A stretch of DNA of 47,249 nucleotides, from NCBI GenBank assembly GCA_021779205.1, contig JAJYBE010000001.1:1-47249 (forward strand). Reading direction: 5' to 3'. Below, piece after piece: positions 42,126 to 47,249 of the stretch; the first letter of the stretch is position 1; the number at the start of each line of letters is the position of its first letter. The notes under the pieces were generated by a model. The model searched no databases. It had not been told where the DNA came from and worked only from the letters and a program-made list of their open reading frames with translations. A program made the translations under genes and the position numbers. Source of the stretch: a bacterium (GTDB taxonomy: Bacteria > Patescibacteriota > Minisyncoccia > Moranbacterales > UBA2206).

Positions 42126-45116
42126 TCAGTGACTTAAGATTTCCTTAAGATATTTCCCCGTCCAACTCTCCTTGTCCCACTTCGCCACTTCTTCCGGCGT
42201 ACCGGAAACAATCACACGCCCACCTTCTTTTCCGCCTTCCGGTCCCAGATCAATAATCCAATCGGCGGTTTTTATTACGTCTAAATTATGTTCAATTACA
42301 ATCACTGTGTTTCCCGCATCAACCAAACGATTGAGAATTCCCAACAGTTTTTTGATGTCATCAAAATGCAAACCGGTTGTCGGTTCGTCAAGAATATAAA
42401 GCGTATCGCCAGTTGCACGCCTGGAAAGTTCAGTGGAAAGTTTGATGCGTTGCGCTTCTCCGCCGGAAAGTGTCGTGGCGGATTGACCGAGTTGAATGTA
42501 GCCCAGACCGACATCTTCCAAGACTTTCAGTTTGTCAGCAATATCGTGAAAACTAGCAAAAAATTCGCGCGCCTCAGTTATGGTCATCACCAATACATCA
42601 GCGATATTTTTATCACGATACTTCACTTTGAGCGTTTCGCTGTTGTAGCGCTTCCCGCCGCAAACATCGCAAGGCAGATAAACATCCGGCATAAATTGCA
42701 TTTCGATTTTGTTGTACCCATCGCCCTGACAATTATCACAACGTCCGCCTTTGACGTTGAAAGAAAAGCGACCCGGGGAATAGCCTTTTGCTTTGGCGTC
42801 CCTTGTTTCTGCGAACAGTTCGCGGATCGCCGTAAATAGTCCGGTGTAGGTTGCTGGATTCGATCTCGGTGTACGTCCAATCGGCGACTGATCAATCATA
42901 ATCACCTTGTTGAGATAATGATCGCCAACTATTTCACTGTGCTTGCCCGGCCGTTCCAGTGAGTGCATAATTTTAGCCGAAAGCGCTTTGTAAAGAATAT
43001 CCCCTACTAGTGTTGATTTTCCTGAACCGGATACGCCTGTCACGCAAGTCAAAACTTTGAGCGGAAATGACACGGTAATGTTTTGCAAATTATGCTCGCG
43101 CGCTCCTCGCACCACAAGTGTTTTTTTATTTTTTAAAGATCGCCTGGAAGCCGGAATTTCAATCTGCAAATCTCCTCGCAAATATTTGGCGGTTAGTGAT
43201 TTTTCACTTTGCATTACTTCTGCCGGCGATCCCTCAGCGACAATTTCCCCACCATATTTTCCCGCTCCCGGACCAATGTCCACAAGATAGTCCGCCGCAC
43301 GCATTGTTTCTTCATCATGCTCCACGACGATCAGGGTATTTCCTACATCTCTGAGTTGCAAAAGTGTCGAGAGCAATTTTGCATTATCGCGAGCGTGGAG
43401 ACCAATTGATGGTTCGTCCAGAATATAAAGCACGCCAACTAATTGAGAACCGATTTGCGACGCCAGGCGGATGCGCTGCGACTCTCCGCCGGCAAGAGTA
43501 TTGGCAGCGCGACCAAGCGAGAGATAACCAAGACCCACATCTTGCAAAAAACCTAACCGATTTTGAATTTCTTTGAAAATCCGACCGGCAATCAGTTCTT
43601 CGCGTTTGCTAAAATTTATTTTTTGAAAAAAATCCAAAGTCTCTCTCACACTGATAGTGGAAACTTCATGGATATTTTTATCCCCGACTGTCACCAAAAG
43701 CACTTCTTTTTTATAGCGAGATCCAAGGCAAGTCGAACAAGGATTTTGGGACATATATTTCTCAATGTCTGTACGCACTGCTTCTGAATCCGTCTTGAGA
43801 TAACGATCTTGCAAATAGCCCGCCACTCCTCGCCAACGCATATTATATTTCCAACTTGATCCGGTCTTGCTCCGCAACGTCACAGGAATTTCATCCGCTT
43901 CTTCTTCGCCAATCATATCAGTTGCTTCAGGTCCGCCATAGAGCAAGGTTTTGAAATCATCATCGGATAAATCCCGCAACCGCACATTGTCACGAATGTG
44001 ATAGAAATTTGTCACCGCGCGAAGAATCGTTCCCTGCCAATTATTTTTTTTATAACTCCACGGCATGATTCCGCCTTCGGCAATGGTTTTATTCATATCC
44101 GGCACAACTAAATCAGGATCGATTTCCTTCTTCATGCCCAGACCATCACAAGATGGACAAGCACCAAACGGACTATTGAAAGAAAATAGGCGTGGCTCCA
44201 ACTCAGGAAAATCAATCTCATGAATTGGACAAGAAAAATTCTGATTAAAAATCATCTCACTGGCTTCATTTTTTTCACTAGCCTTGCTTTTATTTAGCAT
44301 TTTACCCTTTTTGTCATTGGAAATTGAGATTTGGGATTTGTTTAGAAATTGGAAATTAGAAATTGGAAATTTCACTTTGATTATTCCTTTCGACAAATTC
44401 AACGCTTGTTCCACGCCCTCAAAAATCCGTGAAATATTTTCCGAATTTATTTCTACTTTATCAACCAATATATCAATATTATGTTTTTTATAGCGTTCCA
44501 ATTTCACTCGCGTGCCAATCTTTTCATCCAATGCATATTTTTTTCCATTCACAATAGCAGTGGAAAATCCTCGCCGAAACATTTCTTCCAATAGAGTGGA
44601 ATATTCACCTTTGCGTTCCCGTACAATAGGAGAGAAGATTTCAATCACACAACTGTCTTTTGCCGATTTCTTATCTCCTTCCGTGCAAATATTTAAAATC
44701 CGATTCACTATCTCATCCGTCGAGAGCCTAACGATTTCTCGTCCGCAAATCGGACAATGCGCCATGCCAATTTTGGCATAGAGCAATCGCAGGTAGTCAT
44801 GAATTTCCGTCACCGTTCCCACCGTTGAACGCGGATTGTGCGAAGCGGCTTTTTGATCAATCGAAATCGCCGGACTCAGACCTTCGATCGAATCAACTTC
44901 CGGTTTTCCCATTTGTCCCAAAAACTGCCTGGCATAGCTCGAAAGACTTTCGAGATATCTCCGTTGCCCTTCGGCAAAAATAGTATCAAAAGCCAGCGTA
45001 CTCTTGCCTGAGCCGGAAATTCCCGTAAAAACAATAAACTTATTCCGTGGCAAATCAAGATTGATGTTTTTGAGATTATGTTCTCTTGCTCCGCGGATAA
45101 TTAATTCGTCTTGCAT
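42126..45116 (-). CDS. uvrA: Excinuclease ABC subunit UvrA, 996-aa paralogue
   Basis: [12 protein letters not shown] and [23 protein letters not shown] and [12 protein letters not shown], plus the Zn modules CPIC, CPSC, CSTC and CDNC..CDVC. Confidence 0.93.
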   Translation of the reverse strand: MQDELIIRGAREHNLKNINLDLPRNKFIVFTGISGSGKSTLAFDTIFAEGQRRYLESLSSYARQFLGQMGKPEVDSIEGLSPAISIDQKAASHNPRSTVGTVTEIHDYLRLLYAKIGMAHCPICGREIVRLSTDEIVNRILNICTEGDKKSAKDSCVIEIFSPIVRERKGEYSTLLEEMFRRGFSTAIVNGKKYALDEKIGTRVKLERYKKHNIDILVDKVEINSENISRIFEGVEQALNLSKGIIKVKFPISNFQFLNKSQISISNDKKGKMLNKSKASEKNEASEMIFNQNFSCPIHEIDFPELEPRLFSFNSPFGACPSCDGLGMKKEIDPDLVVPDMNKTIAEGGIMPWSYKKNNWQGTILRAVTNFYHIRDNVRLRDLSDDDFKTLLYGGPEATDMIGEEEADEIPVTLRSKTGSSWKYNMRWRGVAGYLQDRYLKTDSEAVRTDIEKYMSQNPCSTCLGSRYKKEVLLVTVGDKNIHEVSTISVRETLDFFQKINFSKREELIAGRIFKEIQNRLGFLQDVGLGYLSLGRAANTLAGGESQRIRLASQIGSQLVGVLYILDEPSIGLHARDNAKLLSTLLQLRDVGNTLIVVEHDEETMRAADYLVDIGPGAGKYGGEIVAEGSPAEVMQSEKSLTAKYLRGDLQIEIPASRRSLKNKKTLVVRGAREHNLQNITVSFPLKVLTCVTGVSGSGKSTLVGDILYKALSAKIMHSLERPGKHSEIVGDHYLNKVIMIDQSPIGRTPRSNPATYTGLFTAIRELFAETRDAKAKGYSPGRFSFNVKGGRCDNCQGDGYNKIEMQFMPDVYLPCDVCGGKRYNSETLKVKYRDKNIADVLVMTITEAREFFASFHDIADKLKVLEDVGLGYIQLGQSATTLSGGEAQRIKLSTELSRRATGDTLYILDEPTTGLHFDDIKKLLGILNRLVDAGNTVIVIEHNLDVIKTADWIIDLGPEGGKEGGRVIVSGTPEEVAKWDKESWTGKYLKEILSH
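44319..44371. repeat. Heptamer array (RGAAATT and degenerate units) inside the 996-aa uvrA
   Basis: Units read ggaaatt gagattt gggattt gttt agaaatt ggaaatt agaaatt ggaaatt. They encode [18 protein letters not shown] on the minus strand. Confidence 0.8.
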
Positions 45117-45136
45117 AAATTTTTAAATCATACTCT

Positions 45137-45165
45137 AGTTTAAAGCCTTTTGATTTTTACTGCAA
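45137..45165 (-). promoter_or_regulatory. Candidate promoter for uvrA (996 aa)-uvrC
   Basis: Minus strand: TTGCAG (45160-45165), a 17-nt spacer, then TAAACT (45137-45142). Confidence 0.35.
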
Positions 45166-45177
45166 GCTAGCGCAGAT

Positions 45178-45221
45178 GAAAAACAAAGCCAACCTCAAAT
45201 AACACGAAGCTGGCTTTTTTT
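45178..45221 (-). terminator. Rho-independent terminator after lexA
   Basis: Minus strand: aaaaaaagccagc-ttcgtgttatttgag-gttggcttt-gttttt. Confidence 0.6.
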
Positions 45222-45235
45222 GCTAAATTTGCAAA

Positions 45236-45922
45236 TTATAAACTCACATACTTCACCGGCAAAACTTTTCTAAAAATTCCGGCGAAAATGAATGAATCGG
45301 ATTTATGGATGAAGATTGGCTGATGAATTGGATTGGTTGATTTGGGAAAAAGACCAATCACATCTTCGCTAACTTTTTTATAGCGCTTAATGGTGGCCAT
45401 GCCATTCACCACTGCGACAACAATCTTGCCATCCAGCTCTTCTTGCTGTTCATATTTCTCAAAAATAACATAGTCGCCGTCATTGATTTTTTCCTTGTCC
45501 ATTGAATCGCCCAGTGCTTTCACTGCAAAGAGCAATGACTCGTCTTTATTACGAAACAGCGCTTTGGAAATTTGCAAAAAGCCATCGATATTGTCCTGCG
45601 CATAAGCCAAAGCTTCGCCACAAGATGCCAAGCCATAGACTGGCACAGAAAAAATATTTTTGAAATTAGTATAATTCTCGTTTTCAATAAGATAAATCTT
45701 CTTATTCTTGTCACGCTTAATAAGATCTTTTTTCTCCAGCGATTCAATTACTTGCATAACTGATTTCAGACTATCTTTCACCCCCTGTGACTCCAAAAAT
45801 TTTTGCAAGCGGTAGCTAGTAGGATTTTCCTTCATCTGATCAATTAGTTCTCGAATTGATTCAAGGATATTTTGCTGCTTGGCCGTCAGAATCATAATTT
45901 TGTTTTGAACTTGTAAATTCAT
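45236..45922 (-). CDS. lexA: LexA-type repressor (wHTH plus S24 peptidase)
   Basis: S24 catalytic region: GLASCGEALAY..AVKALGDSMDKEKINDGDYVIFEK..VAVVNGMATIKRY (Ser in GDSM, Lys in TIKR). Confidence 0.85.
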   Translation of the reverse strand: MNLQVQNKIMILTAKQQNILESIRELIDQMKENPTSYRLQKFLESQGVKDSLKSVMQVIESLEKKDLIKRDKNKKIYLIENENYTNFKNIFSVPVYGLASCGEALAYAQDNIDGFLQISKALFRNKDESLLFAVKALGDSMDKEKINDGDYVIFEKYEQQEELDGKIVVAVVNGMATIKRYKKVSEDVIGLFPKSTNPIHQPIFIHKSDSFIFAGIFRKVLPVKYVSL

Positions 45923-45959
45923 ATTCCAATAAATTTACAAATCCTGCTTTTTAATTATT

Positions 45960-45997
45960 ACAGTGTTATTTTAACATTGATAGACTAACACTGTCAA
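45960..45997 (-). promoter_or_regulatory. lexA promoter bracketed by a 9-bp inverted repeat (candidate operator)
   Basis: Minus strand: TTGACA (45992-45997) and TAAAAT (45968-45973). The repeat is ACAGTGTTA (45960-45968) and TAACACTGT (45986-45994), with a 17-nt spacer. One arm overlaps the -35 box and the other overlaps the -10/+1 region. Confidence 0.6.
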
Positions 45998-46015
45998 GCG
46001 CCTCCTTAAACACCA

Positions 46016-46045
46016 AAAAGCCCTGAATTATTCAGGGCTTTTTGA
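46016..46045. terminator. Bidirectional rho-independent terminator
   Basis: aaaaagccctgaa-tta-ttcagggcttttt, with a 9-bp stem. Confidence 0.75.
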
Positions 46046-46062
46046 CCTAACTGAGCTTTAGA

Positions 46063-47193
46063 TTAGTTTCCGCAAGCAGCACCAGTAGCTGCACCAGAAG
46101 TGGCACTCGCAGCGCCTTCGCCAAATCCTGCTGCGGGAGCAGCGGATGATAGCGTAGTTGAACATTCCTTAGGAGCAGTCTTAAATCCTGAGCAAATCGT
46201 TTTTAAAAGACTCGCAGAATCTCGTCCGGCGGCAGAGGCCTCCACGCCATTGATTATAAGCGTTGGAGAACCTTTCACTCCATATTTATCATTATCCGCC
46301 TTGTTCACTTCAAATAATGGGAAGCTTCCTTGATAAGTACTCTTGTCATTAAAATCTTTCGTCACATTAAACTGAGCATCTGCTTGCGTCATGCAGGTTG
46401 CCACTGTTGTTGCCGTAATGCCAGCCGATTTCATACAATCAGCTTCTGTTCCCTGGCCTTTTTTCAAAAAGCAAGTCAGATACGCATTCAACTTGGTTGG
46501 CTGATTTTTCTGAATACAATATTGTCTCAAATTTTCATCCAACTCTTTTCGATCATTGGTTGCCAAATCATTATGCATTGAATAGGAAACAAATTTCAGA
46601 GTATAGTTGATTTTCGAACCCAAGGCAGTTAATACTGGCAAAATTCCTTTTTCAATTTGCGTTCCATAAGGACAATAACTCATCACAAAAAGTTCCACTG
46701 TTGGTTTATCAGTTTGAGGAATTGGCTGTTGAGCTGCTGCTGCCGTTTGATTGGCATCCGGCTTTTGTTTAGCCTGTGATTCTATTTGAGCAATATCCAT
46801 TACGCTAGGAAAGAATTTCGTTCCGTCAGCTGACAAATATGATGTAATGTCCTGTTTTTGCGCTCCGGTGCCAATTGACACCATCACCTTAAACATACCA
46901 TCTTCCTTGGTAATCGAAGTAATATTCGCCTTCATTCCGCTTTGCATCAAATTATTGTTGATAAAATCATCAACTTTCGCCTTGGCCTGAGCTTCAGTCA
47001 AATTATGCTTTTGCCAGACTAGTTTGTAATAGCCAAATCCGCCAAGAATAACCACCAAAAGCACTAGGGCGATTATTTTTGACATATGCTTCTTACACTT
47101 CTCCAGACTGCATCTTTTCCTTTTGTGATAATGCTCAGTTTCATGATGCTGTTCTTTCGTGGCCTCGACAGCCGCCTTCTCTTCTTCTTTCAT
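46063..47193 (-). CDS. Membrane-anchored thioredoxin-fold / DsbA-like protein
   Basis: N-terminal TM segment (IIALVLLVVILGGFGYY). Thioredoxin-fold segment ELFVMSYCPYGTQ and GSPTLIINGVEA. The active-site position reads CPYG rather than CXXC. Confidence 0.55.
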   Translation of the reverse strand: MKEEEKAAVEATKEQHHETEHYHKRKRCSLEKCKKHMSKIIALVLLVVILGGFGYYKLVWQKHNLTEAQAKAKVDDFINNNLMQSGMKANITSITKEDGMFKVMVSIGTGAQKQDITSYLSADGTKFFPSVMDIAQIESQAKQKPDANQTAAAAQQPIPQTDKPTVELFVMSYCPYGTQIEKGILPVLTALGSKINYTLKFVSYSMHNDLATNDRKELDENLRQYCIQKNQPTKLNAYLTCFLKKGQGTEADCMKSAGITATTVATCMTQADAQFNVTKDFNDKSTYQGSFPLFEVNKADNDKYGVKGSPTLIINGVEASAAGRDSASLLKTICSGFKTAPKECSTTLSSAAPAAGFGEGAASATSGAATGAACGN

Positions 47194-47249
47194 ACTTTGT
47201 ATTTGATTAAATTTATTATTTATTAAACTACCGGCTTTCCCCGATACTT

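Noticed and set aside
41283-44371. Possibility that the short tandem arrays are a CRISPR array.
   Set aside because: The units are 7 nt and directly abutting, with no spacers. They lie inside conserved ORFs, and no cas genes are present.
1-47249. Alternative genetic code (UGA recoding, as in some candidate phyla).
   Set aside because: All conserved genes are full length under the standard code. TGA is used as a genuine stop, for example at the end of recG (14275-14277).

Overview
This is a 47.2-kb AT-rich bacterial chromosome segment (about 35-40% GC by eye) that reads cleanly with the standard genetic code. Gene content and style suggest a small-genome Patescibacteria/CPR-like organism; that placement is inference. 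The supporting traits are compact genes, a DUF11-repeat surface protein, a type IV pilus/competence set, 10 tRNAs, a short UvrC, and GIY-YIG and GxxExxY mini-genes.

Gene order:
- partial glyQS, NUDIX, U32 peptidase, tgt, DUF11 protein, comFC
- an envelope block (PAP2-like, GT2, GT4, DedA)
- tRNA-Pro, tRNA-Ser and tRNA-Ser
- recG, a second GT4, a hydrolase, a second DedA, tRNA-Glu
- tsaD, hsp20, a VanW protein, and a 4-tRNA cluster
- a long minus-strand run: pilO/N/M-like genes, three pilin-like genes, pilC, frameshifted pilB, a CheY-like response regulator and histidine kinase, groEL without groES, and an NTase-like protein
- an SOS/NER cluster: lexA, uvrA (996 aa), uvrC, a DUF45 metalloprotease, and a second uvrA (935 aa)
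- a DsbA-like protein

I found no classical defence island, CRISPR array, prophage, integrase or transposase.

The most unusual content is a dense set of very small selfish-looking elements.
1. GIY-YIG mini-gene cassettes are bounded by 28-35 bp hairpin-containing inverted repeats that start TGTCAT. There is also a cargo-less derivative and a 143-bp relative inserted in frame inside recG.
2. Heptanucleotide arrays (TACAAAT, TACGAAT, GGAAATT, GTTTCAT) bracket a decapitated GxxExxY gene. They also form an empty palindrome and sit in frame inside uvrA, uvrC, tgt and the U32 peptidase.

Other points worth checking:
- homopolymer frameshifts in a membrane-protein gene (G7) and in pilB (A6)
- a promoter-spanning inverted repeat at lexA, with a similar half-site at one uvrA promoter
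- the DUF45 protease embedded between NER genes
- an Arg-tRNA anticodon set (GCG/TCG/TCT) that would not need inosine

All homology calls come from motif recognition by eye. No database search was run.
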